From the NCBI GenBank assembly GCA_041651195.1, contig JBAZJR010000001.1, positions 135,601 through 199,600 on the forward strand: a stretch of DNA of 64,000 nt, written 5' to 3'. The DNA comes from Patescibacteria group bacterium (GTDB lineage Bacteria; Patescibacteriota; Patescibacteriia; Patescibacteriales; UBA12465). How positions within the stretch are numbered: position 1 is the first letter of the stretch; each line of letters begins with the position of its first letter. Positions 46,301 to 54,944 of the stretch are shown one piece after another. The position numbers and the translations under genes are program-made. The notes beneath the pieces are model-generated. The model made no database searches. It saw only the letters and a list, made by a program, of their open reading frames with translations, and was not told the origin of the DNA.

Positions 46301-47157
46301 CGTCTTTAACCGCCGATACCAGCGGCTATGGGCTTCGGGTAGGAAGCAGCTATGCCACCCAATTAGCTATGTCGTCTAATATGGGAGCTGATTTTGAAAT
46401 GATGCACAATACCTTAATTGAAAGAAATGCTGCGAATTCATCTGTTTATAAATGGGTAACCAGCCACGCATCCTTCGGTAGTCGAGGCATCCGTTTCGAT
46501 TATGGTGGGGCTGGGTCCGGCATCGTTTTTTTTGCTGATAGCGTTACTACAACCGCGGGCACCGCCTTTACTCCTACCCAGAGAATGATTATTCAGAATG
46601 ACGGCAATGTCGGTATAAATAAACTTTATCCTGGCACGACCCTTGACGTCACCGGCTCCATCAACGCTTCCGGCACGGTGAACGGCACTGGCCTCTGCAT
46701 CGGCGGCGACTGCAAGGTCTCTTGGCCATCTATCGTCTCGGCTGGCGGCGGCAATCTCTGGAACGGCACGACGACCGGCGCGATCTGGAATGCTAATGGG
46801 GTTAATAATGTCGGAATTGGGACAACGGCGCCGCTCGCGGCCCTGCATGTCAACGGCGGCTTGATCTTGAAGCGGACAACGGTTGCGGATACGGATTATA
46901 CCGCTCAAGCTACGGATTATATCATCGGCTATAGTTCGCTCAGCACGAACCGGACCGTCACTTTGCCTGACGCCTTATGCACGCCGGGACGTTTCTTCGT
47001 TGTCTTAGATGAGAGCGGCAGCGCCTCTAACGCCGTCAAGATCATCATCAATCCGGAAGGCGCGACGCCGATCGTCGGGCAGGCGAGCTTTTCCTTGTCC
47101 GGTCCTTATAATTCCGTCTATGTTTTCTGTGGCAGTTCGGCCTGGTATGTGTTATAA
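40339..47157 (+). CDS. giant secreted repeat protein (2272 aa), tail-fibre-like [10 protein letters not shown] repeats plus Cys-loop modules
   Basis: Uninterrupted 6.8-kb ORF with signal peptide ending AQA|Y. By eye there are about 24 copies of (G/N)NVGIGTTxPxxKL(E/D/H)V and 7 copies of the [10 protein letters not shown](A/G)G(D/V)CK module. It also has a jelly-roll-like insert and a unique C-terminal domain. Confidence 0.92.
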   Translation: MPRFHRWQSKIIIAVLLLSGSFLLFSDAENAQAYHATSSYNKAFNDTLTSENWNDLFSDFVNTWLPVSLNGPVGIATPAPAAGLSVNGPINATRLFTTSNVGIGTTNPGSNLHIIGSLDATGTVNGTGLCIAGVCKTDWSVVGATSGWTINGTTVYKTDINGNVGIGTTNPANKLTIVGSPASTWETATLRVNGSATEGLWFGYNTTNDVGLIGAAEDNIAHRNLSLAPTGGNVGVGTTAPTHKLEVNGNISISGSSPQTLRMGAAATLTRDTTTGLTTLATNNSHIALMPVNGNVGVGTTAPSSKLHVNLGSTGALGFNSGLWIQNNFGDVATNRGAGITMQNHDVYVGGIYAIRPVSSWRGDLAFYTHNDSSGNTFGTTFTEKMRIQYDGNVGIGITNPRAKLQVLGTIQSDVTEGGSAFIARNSSGVNRFALNTILTGGWTMYDFGGSAWNAGISQVNGNVGIAKTNPTATLDVTGSINASGTVNGTGLCIAGDCKVSWPSIVSAGGGNLWNGTTTGAIWNANGVNNVGIGKTNPENLLDVAGATKAYNYFTNSNNAGFFASGNNDYGTGLISDASDNLYLRAGASSNGKFTLLTTGNVGIGTTTPIRNLEVNSGSSGVVAQFTSSNTSNNYSLVDLYNASTGKYFRLGLFDSGVAGIGEGSSIIPDISINSSGNVGIGTTTPSNKLHVYGTSGRLAVFGDVGVSTPTATPVNISFGSTYGNSTPGSVNNLKWDLFSSSSSGSRYGIGMSANLMEFQSGPSGGLGFFVNQGSEAMRIISNGNVGISKTNPGATLDVTGSINASGTVNGTGLCIAGDCKVSWPSIVSAGGGNLWNGTTTGAIWNANGANNVGIGTTAPGAKLEVKDGDVKINSGKPVVDLRESDQTLPAGLWRIQTQNNQMGFVRNTAVAGDFSSGFTPLYFDANNYAIFNAGNVGIGTTAPEAKLEVAGNIKTTGAIYNSYKQFIFDPGAVSTKYTQYLGTFSISNGVVEIIIEDSGNSHGASSFFRVTRHYDRTPIVQIQNNGLMGVNYQIYYRNLTPNNYELFFVDGRASNGNNVTYNVYTRQQGAIISESISAANDTGINLANIGVVVSESGNVGIGTTGPSEKLHVNGGNIQVTGATDSAYFKALDTSNGVQTWFGVSSAARGFIGTITNHALGFRTNNADRLLIDASGNVGIMKTNPGTTLDIVGGINASGTVNGTGLCIAGVCKTDWGGVGATSGWTVNGTTVYKTDVNGNVGIGAVGPESKLEIYEATPLGGTLGNYQILTTLRSPGGSGGNNVYNRTWSLRDAAGTTWTTWREHNGLGIDTSYATPLTDRVWWERDPYNQIQSWGSESSAWLTINNGNVGIGTTNPRAPLEIYKDGAANIGSFLLDQPTIPTGSTSKGPHFFFKSGGIDRGWFGFFDNSAHGNGTALNLRSAGDVRLGASIANAPDMIIKVGGNVGISKTNPAATLDVTGSINASGTVNGTGLCIGGDCKVSWPSIVSAGGGNLWNGTTTGAIWNANGTNNVGIGTTNPDYKLVVNGGNLRINDAGYLMLTNDAEDSHIYFQNTGTSAQRQLEIKYTGAGTPVMVINNAGNVGIGTTAPTERLQVAGTFEAQQYKLPKQFYGQYNDLSNRIVSTAAFQGWSDAFQSKPISDVEYWNGSSWVAWTDKDMTPLFSGNRSTSVPIPVDRSRFRLTVQAGSWFGGGLLNIYEEWTSAHTGYSFIVERSTDKVSWTTIDTGTVPNGTYQAYIANLPHVVDGYFRITLDFGTLSVPQTLVWIRALTSRLSYGVQQGLPLSTSYNKTITMQGGLVVQGTSNSSVAGNLGIAKTNPGTTLDVTGSINASGTVNGTGLCIAGDCKVSWPAIIAAGGGNLWSGTTTGAIWNANGTNNVGVGTTAPGARLEVKDGGTAGSVVASIRQDDDSTYGLVINNGSWSGTLTNGLRQYVNLAGTYAAIDHYEAGGAKLILNPSGGNVGIGTTAPVYKLDVNGPIRSNATVFVPSLTADTSGYGLRVGSSYATQLAMSSNMGADFEMMHNTLIERNAANSSVYKWVTSHASFGSRGIRFDYGGAGSGIVFFADSVTTTAGTAFTPTQRMIIQNDGNVGINKLYPGTTLDVTGSINASGTVNGTGLCIGGDCKVSWPSIVSAGGGNLWNGTTTGAIWNANGVNNVGIGTTAPLAALHVNGGLILKRTTVADTDYTAQATDYIIGYSSLSTNRTVTLPDALCTPGRFFVVLDESGSASNAVKIIINPEGATPIVGQASFSLSGPYNSVYVFCGSSAWYVL
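40690..40850 (+). repeat. Cys-loop module, type B copy (…[31 protein letters not shown])
   Basis: It recurs at 43903-44070, 49204-49320, 50224-50400 and 50926-51105 (approximate bounds). Confidence 0.75.
41761..41939 (+). repeat. Cys-loop module, type A copy ([54 protein letters not shown])
   Basis: The protein sequence is nearly invariant across copies at 42727-42905, 44707-44885, 45805-45984 and 46642-46820. The DNA differs mostly at third codon positions. Confidence 0.85.
42727..42905 (+). repeat. Cys-loop module, type A copy
   Basis: See 41761-41939. Confidence 0.85.
43903..44070 (+). repeat. Cys-loop module, type B copy
   Basis: See 40690-40850. Confidence 0.75.
44707..44885 (+). repeat. 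Cys-loop module, type A copy
   Basis: See 41761-41939. Confidence 0.85.
45805..45984 (+). repeat. Cys-loop module, type A copy
   Basis: See 41761-41939. Confidence 0.85.
46642..46820 (+). repeat. Cys-loop module, type A copy
   Basis: See 41761-41939. Confidence 0.85.
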
Positions 47158-47202
47158 TCATAGTAATAATAAAGCGGACGGGAAATCCGCGCGGGTTATA
47201 TT

Positions 47203-50200
47203 ATGAAGTTTAGAATCATAAATTTAAAGAGAGCGGCAGTCCTCAGTTTTTTTGGTATCCTCAGCCTCTTTTTCGGCCTGTCTGGCGCCGAAGCCGCTTT
47301 CATAACTTCCGGCGGTTCGCAATGGACCGATGTCTCCGGGGGGATCTATTATAATAGTAATGTGGGTATTGGGACGACTAGTCCGGGAAGTGGGAAGTTG
47401 CAGGTTTTGTCCAGTGTTAATTCTTTGTATCCGACAATAGGATATTTTGAATGGAACGGCACGACAGGACTCCCCCATTTTGTGTTAAGGAATAATTCTG
47501 CGAGCACCAGCACTAACAGCATGGTATTGCAAATATGGGGGAACAATAGTTCTGGTGTGGCTAAATTTAATAATATTGTTTTTAATGCAGATAATTTATC
47601 ATATAGCTTCAACGGTAACGCTACGCAGTATAGTTTTGCCAGCAACGTCGGCATCGGAAAGACTAATCCCGGCACTACTTTAGACGTCACCGGCGGCATC
47701 AGCGCTTCCGGCACGCTTAACGGCACTGGTCTCTGTATCGGCGGCGATTGCAAGGTCAGCTGGACCTCTATCGTCGCGGCGGGCGGCCTGCCTGTTGGCA
47801 CGAACGGCCAGACGATCGCAAACAGTAGCGGTTCCTGGGTAGCCAGCTCCAATCTTTTTAATAATGGCACGAATGTCGGTATCGGGACGACGAATCCGAG
47901 GCAGAAATTAGAAGTTAATGGAAACATCAGTTTAGGTATGCAATCTACCACTGGCGCTGGGACTCCATATGAAAAGTTTATTGGAACGGTGAATTTGGAT
48001 GGTAATCCAGGCGCTGGTGGAATGTTTATTGAGCAAGATGCCAATGGAAATAACTATTTAAAGTTTCGGGTTTTAGAAGCAGGAGTTGCATATCGTGATC
48101 CTGTAACCATTAATTACACGGGCAACGTCGGTATTATGAAAACCAATCCCAGCACGACCCTAGATGTCGTCGGCGGGATCAGCGCTTCCGGCGCGGTGAA
48201 TGGCACCGGCTTATGCATCGGCGGGGACTGTAAGACAACTTGGCCGACAATCGTCCAGGCCGGCATGCCGACTGGCACGGCCGGACAGACTTTGCGGAGC
48301 GACGGGACGCAATGGCTGACTAGTTCCACGATATTTAATAATGGCACGAATGTGGGGATCGGGACGACTAATCCGGGACAAAAATTGGATGTTGTCGGGA
48401 CTGGCAAATTTTCTACTAACGTTGAAGCGCAAGTCGCCGTAAAAGCGAAGGATTATTTACTAATCGATAGCGATGGAGATTTTACTGGCAGTAATTATTG
48501 GACATTTAGCCAAGATTCCAGTACTCGCCATCTAGAATTCGATTACGGAGGAGTGGGCTCGAGCGAAAAGGTAGTATTTACGAGCAGCGGAAACGTCGGT
48601 ATACAAACTATCGGTCCTCGCGCGCCGTTAGAAGTAGACGCTAACGATGGGAGTGGTGTTAGCATTCTGGCATCTAATATTATAGAAATAGCCGGGTATA
48701 GAGATGTTGCTCAATCATCATCGGTCACTGTCAGTAGCGGGAATTTAATGTATGGCGGACCAACAGCAAAAAATGGCAAGGGATATTGGCAAATCTCATC
48801 TTTTCCGGCTACGATTACTTTAGATACTCGTGGTTGGTGGTCTTATCCCGGCATATCGTTTACTGCCGAGAATGTCCATAATTATCCAAGCGGGGGAGGG
48901 AGAAAATTACCAGCCAGCTTTTTAGTAGAAATGAGTAATGACGGATCGAATTGGTGGACTGTTGATGACGTAACTAACCAGACTTCCGCTTTATATTATA
49001 AAAGTGAACAAAGTGGTTCCGGGAAATATGTTAGAATAACCGCGAGGGCGCCGCAGTCGGGTGAAACGTCAAGCAGTATTGCTAATATACAATTATTTCA
49101 AACTTATAGAGCTGGCAAGGGCCCATTTACGGTATCGCCAGAAGGGAATGCCGTTTTCATAGGCGGCAATGTTGGTATAGGAAAGCAAATTCCTATGGCT
49201 ACTTTAGATGTCGTTGGTGGCGGCAACTTTACTGGCACGGTGAACGGCACCGGCCTCTGTATCGCCGGCGTCTGTAAGACCGACTGGAGCGGCGTCGGCG
49301 CGACGAGCGGTTGGAGCAGTGATGCCGCAGCTATCTACGCCGCTGATACTACCGATAATGTCGGAGTGGGGACGACTAATCCGGTCGGAAAATTTGATGT
49401 CCGGACTTATGGCGGCGATGCCAGGATCACTTTTTCTAGCACCGATGATGAATATCCGCGGATGTATCTAGGCGGAGATAGCGCCAGCATCGCCGGAGTG
49501 ATCAATCGCAAGTCTAACGCGACGCTTTATTTCGGTGAAGAATCTGATACCGGCGGCTATGTTTTCCGGGGAACCGGTGGCTACTCTTTCGCTGGCAGCC
49601 GGCTATCCCTATCTTCCGGTGGCAACGTCGGCGTCGGCACTACGAATCCCTTATCTAAATTTGAGACTTATAATGGCAACATCGGCGTTGCTAATAATGT
49701 CGCCTCCGGCGCTAACGCGAGCGGGCTTATTTTCTATCATACCGCCGGCTTAGGCAGCAATTGGTACTCCGGCCTGGTCCCGTATGTGACGACCAGCTAC
49801 GACCGGGTCGGTTTGAAATTCTTGACCGCGAATTCGGGCGCGGCTACGGAGAAGATGGCGATTACGCCGGATGGGAATGTGGGGATTGGGACGACGGCAC
49901 CGGGGGCGAAACTTGAAGTTTTAGGAGATCACCAAGCAATCCGCGCGCGAGGGACAGCTACTAGTACAAATTGGTCGGGCAGAATTATCGCGGGTGGTCC
50001 CAATGTCGCATTTTTAATGGGTGAATATAACACTATGGCGTGGCTTGGAGCTCATAACGCAGCTCTTAGTGCTTGGTCGGATTTTTATATTAATCCAGAC
50101 GGAAGTAATAAATTGTATCTCGGTGGTACTGGCGATGGTAATCCGGCTACGCTTAATCCAATCGTAACTGTTAATAACGCAACCGGTAACGTGGGCATCG

Positions 50201-52506
50201 CCAAAACTAGTCCCGCCGCGACTCTGGACGTCACTGGCTCTATCAACGCCTCCGGCACGGTCAACGGTACCGGCCTCTGCATCGCTGGCGTCTGTAAGAC
50301 GGACTGGGGCGGCGTCGGCGCGACAAGCGGCTGGACGATCAACGGGACGACGGTCTATAAGACTGATACAGCGGGAAATGTGGGGATTGGGACGACGAAT
50401 CCGACAGCAAAGATGGAGTTAGTTTCCAATGATGCAAATCCTAGCTTGTATATAAATACTGGTGCAAGTCAAACCGGCAATTTGATTTCTGGAAAAGTAA
50501 ATGGAGATCAAAGATTTTATTTCAATTCGGATGGAGATCTGTATTTTTCAAAAGGTTCGGCTGCGCATATTTATAATGATGCATCGGGCGGTCTTGGACT
50601 AAGTGGAAGGAGCACACTAAGTGATATATATCTTAATGGTACGGGCAACGTCGGGATCGGCACGACCACGCCAACGTATAAATTAGATGTTAACGGCACT
50701 TCTCGTTTCCGGTCTACAGGTTTATTTGACGGCAATTTAACTACTTATGGCACGTTAACAACCGCCTCAAACCTCATTGCTAATTTTGGAGCGACTATTA
50801 ATAATAATGGCGGCGCTACTGCCTCTTATGATTTTGGCGTCAAGAATGGTCTGAGTGGATATTCTTTGTATGCGCAAGCTTCATCTGGCAATGTCGGCAT
50901 TGCCAAAACTAATCCCACCGCTACTTTAGACGTTACTGGCAGTATCAACGCTTCCGGCACGGTTAATGGCACCGGTTTATGCATTGGCGGAGTATGTAAG
51001 ACCGACTGGGGTGGCGTGGGCGCGACGAGCGGCTGGACGATCAATGGGACGACGGTCTATAAGACTGATACGGCTGGGAATGTCGGGATTGGGACGACGG
51101 ATCCAAGCTCAAAGTTTCATGTTGTCGGGAATTCATACTTAAATGGGACATTGAATGTTTCAGGGAATACTTCATTTTCTGGCAATACGCATAATTTTTA
51201 TCAGTCGGTAAGCCCTTATAGTACTCTTAATATTGGAAGATCTGGTATGCAGCGTTTTTCCATGACAGTAAATGATATGACTGGAACCATGACATCCTAT
51301 CAACAAGATGAGACCACGGGCGATCATATTTGGGCTTTTGATATTGTCTCTTCGACTTCCGGCCGCCAAGACTACAGGTTTAGAAATAATGGTTCTGAAC
51401 TTTTTGCCATTGATAAAGTTGGCAACGTCGGCATCGGCAAGACTAACCCCGGTTCGAACCTCGACGTCACCGGTAGTGTCGCTGCTTCTGGCACCGTGAG
51501 CGGCACGAGCCTTTGTATCGCCGCTGATTGCCGGGCGGCCTGGCCTACCGGTGGTGATGGCGGGATAACCTCTATTAACGGCTTGACCGATTTGACCCAG
51601 ACTTTTGCGACCGGCACTTCGGGCACGGATTTTGGGATTTCTTCTTCCGGAACAATCCATACTTTCAACCTGCCTTCCGCTTCCGCCGCTAACCGCGGCC
51701 TCTTGACCGCTGCGGACTGGAGCAGTTTTAATGCTAAAGTCTCCAGCCAATGGACGACTAACGCTTCCGGCATCTACTATAGTTCCGGTAACGTCGGCAT
51801 CGGGAAGACCAATCCCGCCGCGAACCTGGACGTTGTCAGCAGCATCAACGCTTCCGGCACGGTGAACGGCACGAGCCTCTGTATCGGCGGCGATTGTAAA
51901 GCGAGCTGGGCGGCTTGGACCAATAGTGGCGTTAATATGTACAGCAGTAATTCTGGCAACGTCGGCATCGGTATAACCAATCCGGCCGCGAAATTGGATG
52001 TGGGCGGCGTGGTTAACGCGACCGGCGCTTCCTTGTCCGGCGATTTGAATATGAACGGCTATGATATTACCAATATTGATAAACTCTATGTCGGCACGAT
52101 CGACCCGCTCTATAAGTTAAATGGCGTCAATTACGCGACCTATGCCGCCTCTGTCGCCGGCGGCGTCAAGGAAGAATATACCGGTCGGATCAAGCTGAGC
52201 CGTCAGAACGCGGCTGGAGAATATGAGGCGGCTATTGATTTTACCGCCGTAGCCGAGGGCGGCGATCTCTGGGTTTGGCGGCGGATTGTTGACTTTGATC
52301 GGGACAACATCGAGGTCTTGATCAGCCCCTATGGCCGATTAGCCCAGATTTATTATATAATAGAAGGAGAGAAGATTATCTTCCGATCCAATCGTCCGGT
52401 TGAAGCTTCCTATCGTCTGACTGGCAAACGCTTTGACTGGCGCGACTGGCCGACTCGCCCTGCGGATCAGACGCTGCAAGGCCGGGAGGTCGAATTACCG
52501 AACTAA
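47203..52506 (+). CDS. giant secreted repeat protein (1767 aa), paralogous architecture with an F5/8-type-C-like insert
   Basis: 5.3-kb ORF that starts 45 nt after the first giant, with signal peptide ending AEA|A. By eye there are about 18 [10 protein letters not shown] motifs and 7 Cys-loop modules (at about 47680, 48160, 49204, 50224, 50926, 51460 and 51825). A discoidin-like block lies at about 48700-49105. Confidence 0.92.
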   Translation: MKFRIINLKRAAVLSFFGILSLFFGLSGAEAAFITSGGSQWTDVSGGIYYNSNVGIGTTSPGSGKLQVLSSVNSLYPTIGYFEWNGTTGLPHFVLRNNSASTSTNSMVLQIWGNNSSGVAKFNNIVFNADNLSYSFNGNATQYSFASNVGIGKTNPGTTLDVTGGISASGTLNGTGLCIGGDCKVSWTSIVAAGGLPVGTNGQTIANSSGSWVASSNLFNNGTNVGIGTTNPRQKLEVNGNISLGMQSTTGAGTPYEKFIGTVNLDGNPGAGGMFIEQDANGNNYLKFRVLEAGVAYRDPVTINYTGNVGIMKTNPSTTLDVVGGISASGAVNGTGLCIGGDCKTTWPTIVQAGMPTGTAGQTLRSDGTQWLTSSTIFNNGTNVGIGTTNPGQKLDVVGTGKFSTNVEAQVAVKAKDYLLIDSDGDFTGSNYWTFSQDSSTRHLEFDYGGVGSSEKVVFTSSGNVGIQTIGPRAPLEVDANDGSGVSILASNIIEIAGYRDVAQSSSVTVSSGNLMYGGPTAKNGKGYWQISSFPATITLDTRGWWSYPGISFTAENVHNYPSGGGRKLPASFLVEMSNDGSNWWTVDDVTNQTSALYYKSEQSGSGKYVRITARAPQSGETSSSIANIQLFQTYRAGKGPFTVSPEGNAVFIGGNVGIGKQIPMATLDVVGGGNFTGTVNGTGLCIAGVCKTDWSGVGATSGWSSDAAAIYAADTTDNVGVGTTNPVGKFDVRTYGGDARITFSSTDDEYPRMYLGGDSASIAGVINRKSNATLYFGEESDTGGYVFRGTGGYSFAGSRLSLSSGGNVGVGTTNPLSKFETYNGNIGVANNVASGANASGLIFYHTAGLGSNWYSGLVPYVTTSYDRVGLKFLTANSGAATEKMAITPDGNVGIGTTAPGAKLEVLGDHQAIRARGTATSTNWSGRIIAGGPNVAFLMGEYNTMAWLGAHNAALSAWSDFYINPDGSNKLYLGGTGDGNPATLNPIVTVNNATGNVGIAKTSPAATLDVTGSINASGTVNGTGLCIAGVCKTDWGGVGATSGWTINGTTVYKTDTAGNVGIGTTNPTAKMELVSNDANPSLYINTGASQTGNLISGKVNGDQRFYFNSDGDLYFSKGSAAHIYNDASGGLGLSGRSTLSDIYLNGTGNVGIGTTTPTYKLDVNGTSRFRSTGLFDGNLTTYGTLTTASNLIANFGATINNNGGATASYDFGVKNGLSGYSLYAQASSGNVGIAKTNPTATLDVTGSINASGTVNGTGLCIGGVCKTDWGGVGATSGWTINGTTVYKTDTAGNVGIGTTDPSSKFHVVGNSYLNGTLNVSGNTSFSGNTHNFYQSVSPYSTLNIGRSGMQRFSMTVNDMTGTMTSYQQDETTGDHIWAFDIVSSTSGRQDYRFRNNGSELFAIDKVGNVGIGKTNPGSNLDVTGSVAASGTVSGTSLCIAADCRAAWPTGGDGGITSINGLTDLTQTFATGTSGTDFGISSSGTIHTFNLPSASAANRGLLTAADWSSFNAKVSSQWTTNASGIYYSSGNVGIGKTNPAANLDVVSSINASGTVNGTSLCIGGDCKASWAAWTNSGVNMYSSNSGNVGIGITNPAAKLDVGGVVNATGASLSGDLNMNGYDITNIDKLYVGTIDPLYKLNGVNYATYAASVAGGVKEEYTGRIKLSRQNAAGEYEAAIDFTAVAEGGDLWVWRRIVDFDRDNIEVLISPYGRLAQIYYIIEGEKIIFRSNRPVEASYRLTGKRFDWRDWPTRPADQTLQGREVELPN
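49204..49320 (+). repeat. Cys-loop module, type B copy
   Basis: See 40690-40850. Confidence 0.7.
50224..50400 (+). repeat. Cys-loop module, type B copy
   Basis: See 40690-40850. Confidence 0.75.
50926..51105 (+). repeat. Cys-loop module, type B copy
   Basis: See 40690-40850. Confidence 0.75.
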
Positions 52507-52570
52507 GGGATGGAATGGCCACATTAAATTATTTAGAGATTAATAAATTTATATATTAATAATTAAAATT

Positions 52571-53263
52571 ATGGACAACAAACCAATGGACAGCAAGCCA
52601 GCGGAGAGTAGCGCCAAGAAGATTTGGATCCTCTTGGGTGCGCTGGTCGTGATCGTGATCATTATCATTATTGCGGCTACTCAGGGGAAGAAGGCCCCAG
52701 CCCCGACGGAAAACACGCCGGCGGCCGGAGGTGAGACAACGGAAACCGGAGAGACGACGCCGGGGGCCGCTGAGACCGGTGCCGAAGCGCCGGTTCAGAA
52801 TCTGGAAGACAGCAAGGTCTATAGCCTCGATAACGCTCAGGCAGCCATCCCGGGCGCGAGCTTAGTCACGGCGGGAGAGAACAAGGTCGTGACGCCGGAA
52901 GGCAAGGCCGTCAAGAATGACGCTATCCCGAATAGTCCGGAGGCGCCGAAGCCGGTCTTAGTCGCTAAGGATCAATTGCCGGCGACCAGCATCAAGCTGG
53001 ACATCGGCAATGGGAAGATTACTCCGAGCTCGTTTACGGTGACTTCCGGCCAGGTCGTTAATCTGGCGGTTTCTTCGACGGACGGCCAGGTGCACGTCTT
53101 CATCTTCACTAATTCCGCGGTCGGCGCGATCGCGATGGGCGTCGGCGGCGGCGAAACCAAGGCCATTACTTTTAACGCTCCAGCAGCCGGCACTTACGAG
53201 TTCCGCTGCGATGTCCCCGGACACAAGGAAAAGGGCGAAGTCGGGACGATGATCGTCAAATAA
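52571..53263 (+). CDS. membrane-anchored cupredoxin-domain protein
   Basis: N-terminal transmembrane segment, a Pro/Glu/Thr/Ala linker, and a C-terminal block GQVHVFIF...AGTYEFRCDVPGHKEKGEVGTMIVK. This resembles the Cupredoxin_1 pattern (H ... YxFxCxxPGH...G). Confidence 0.7.
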   Translation: MDNKPMDSKPAESSAKKIWILLGALVVIVIIIIIAATQGKKAPAPTENTPAAGGETTETGETTPGAAETGAEAPVQNLEDSKVYSLDNAQAAIPGASLVTAGENKVVTPEGKAVKNDAIPNSPEAPKPVLVAKDQLPATSIKLDIGNGKITPSSFTVTSGQVVNLAVSSTDGQVHVFIFTNSAVGAIAMGVGGGETKAITFNAPAAGTYEFRCDVPGHKEKGEVGTMIVK

Positions 53264-53287
53264 CAATAGAGATTTCCGCAAAGATAA

Positions 53288-53315
53288 AACATCCGCTTTC
53301 GGGCGGATGTTTTTA
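53288..53315 (+). terminator. rho-independent terminator
   Basis: aacatccgc tttcgg gcggatgtt followed by ttt. This is the first convincing terminator after the promoter at 40272. Confidence 0.65.
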
Positions 53316-53373
53316 TATAGGAAAATATGCTATGATTACCATATATATACGCTAGCCATAATATAAGCTAGCC

Positions 53374-54870
53374 ATGCTTATGCCTCATTTTCCGTCGCTC
53401 GCGCGCAAATTATTTTTTATCTTCATCATCGTCATCGTTTTTGCTATCCCGCTGTCGCTCAGCGTCCTTGATTGCGCGCCGTCGCCCGTCCTTGATCAAT
53501 CGCCTTCGCTGACCGCGACCGCCGACTCGGTCAACTCGGCTGATCCGGTTAACTCGATTAATCCGGTGGGGCCCTCCGTCACGATTGGATCGTCCGCCAC
53601 AATCGAATCAGTCGCATCGTCAGCGTCGTCATCGGTGTTCGTATCGCCCGCATCGTCAGAACCGGCCGGATCGTCTGAAACAGATGAGCCGCAATATTTC
53701 AGTTCATTCGCTTATAGCTCGGTCAATTTTTATTTGGAAGATAGCGCCATCCGTTTTGATAACGATCTGCGCGGCCTGTCTTTCTATCCTGATGTCGAGA
53801 CCCGCGCCGCCGCGAGCCGGGAATTGGACGCTGCCGCCAAGAAATATTTGTCCGAATTCAAGTTGAATCCCATAGACGGGTCATTTTCTGATCGCCGCTG
53901 TCTGGGCGATAATTGCTTAGAACAAGAGGGACCTGCGTTATCCTATAATGGAGAGCCGCTGGCTCTGCCAGCCGGGGTCAAAGAGGCGGATATCGCTGTC
54001 GTTTCTATCGCCGCTCTTAAGAAGATCTGGCTGATCGGCTTTACTTTGCAAGACGGTGAAAATTACCGCGGCCGCGCTTTCAGTTTTGACGGACGAACTA
54101 TGGCTGAGATAATCCTGCCCGCGCCAGTCACTTCGCGCTACCGGGGGATCTTCGGTTTCGGCGGCGAAGATAATGATTTTTTAGTGCTTTACAGCGCGGA
54201 CCAGGGAACCGCCTACCGGATCAAGACCGGCCAGTTTACCGAAGCGATAAATATCAGCCGTTTTTTCAATATCCGGGGGCAGAGCGCTTCTTTCAAGGCG
54301 GAGGCGATCAAAGTCGCTAGCGGCCGCGAGGTCGATTGGTATATTTTCAGTTCGACCTTGTCCCGTCCGCGGCTCTTGAAGTTATGGCAGAACCGCACAA
54401 CGGAAATCGTCGGCGCGATTTCTTTTGAAAATTTTCCCGGCAGCCAGGGAACATCAGCTGTCTTTAAGAAGCTGTCATTCGGATCGGGTGAGATAAGATT
54501 AGCCGCCCTGGTCCGGGACGGGAGCGGCCGGGATGATTGGCAGATCTTTGCCGACCGGGGATTTAAGAATAATAGTTCTGCTTCGCTTCTGACCGTGCCG
54601 CTCGGCTCGCTGGCCGAGGGCGGACAGTTCCGGATCGTCAGCATCGCGCATAGCGCGCTGGAGGTCGATGCTTCCGGGCGCGCCGCGGTCAAATGGCTTT
54701 TTTCTTCGGATCACGATAATTGGCGGGCCGTGCCCTTGGGTCGGAATCTTGAGTTCGAAATTCCGCTGACCGGCTCTTATTTTTTCCGCCTGGATTTTTC
54801 CGCCGCGTCGGATAAATTTTTTTCTCCTTTCATCGGAGCGATTTTCTTTGATTATTATTTTCAGAAGTGA
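53374..54870 (+). CDS. membrane-anchored hypothetical protein with a Ser-rich linker
   Basis: 498-aa ORF with an N-terminal transmembrane segment, a low-complexity (D/S)(S/P)VNS and Ser-rich stretch, and a large C-terminal domain of unknown family. Confidence 0.65.
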   Translation: MLMPHFPSLARKLFFIFIIVIVFAIPLSLSVLDCAPSPVLDQSPSLTATADSVNSADPVNSINPVGPSVTIGSSATIESVASSASSSVFVSPASSEPAGSSETDEPQYFSSFAYSSVNFYLEDSAIRFDNDLRGLSFYPDVETRAAASRELDAAAKKYLSEFKLNPIDGSFSDRRCLGDNCLEQEGPALSYNGEPLALPAGVKEADIAVVSIAALKKIWLIGFTLQDGENYRGRAFSFDGRTMAEIILPAPVTSRYRGIFGFGGEDNDFLVLYSADQGTAYRIKTGQFTEAINISRFFNIRGQSASFKAEAIKVASGREVDWYIFSSTLSRPRLLKLWQNRTTEIVGAISFENFPGSQGTSAVFKKLSFGSGEIRLAALVRDGSGRDDWQIFADRGFKNNSSASLLTVPLGSLAEGGQFRIVSIAHSALEVDASGRAAVKWLFSSDHDNWRAVPLGRNLEFEIPLTGSYFFRLDFSAASDKFFSPFIGAIFFDYYFQK

Positions 54871-54944
54871 TATAATTAGCTTAGCCTGTAAATAGGTCTA
54901 AATTTAGTTAAATAAATATAAAATTTAAAAATAACCTCATTATT

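Noticed and set aside
40455-52000. Dozens of 60-230-aa ORFs lie on the minus strand and in alternative plus frames inside the two giant genes. Examples are 40455-40790, 41712-41927, 42615-42953, 47349-48044 and 51172-51773, many with recurring peptides such as [17 protein letters not shown].
   Set aside because: They are shadow ORFs. They recur only because the sense-strand repeat modules recur. They are fully nested in uninterrupted 6.8- and 5.3-kb ORFs that have clear signal peptides and protein-level repeat conservation.
40339-52506. The periodic near-identical DNA repeats could be a CRISPR array or the template/variable repeats of a diversity-generating retroelement.
   Set aside because: The repeats are in frame within coding sequence, with spacing of hundreds of bp and no short unique spacers. 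No reverse transcriptase is present in the window. Differences between copies are mostly synonymous third-position changes of all kinds, not adenine-specific substitutions.
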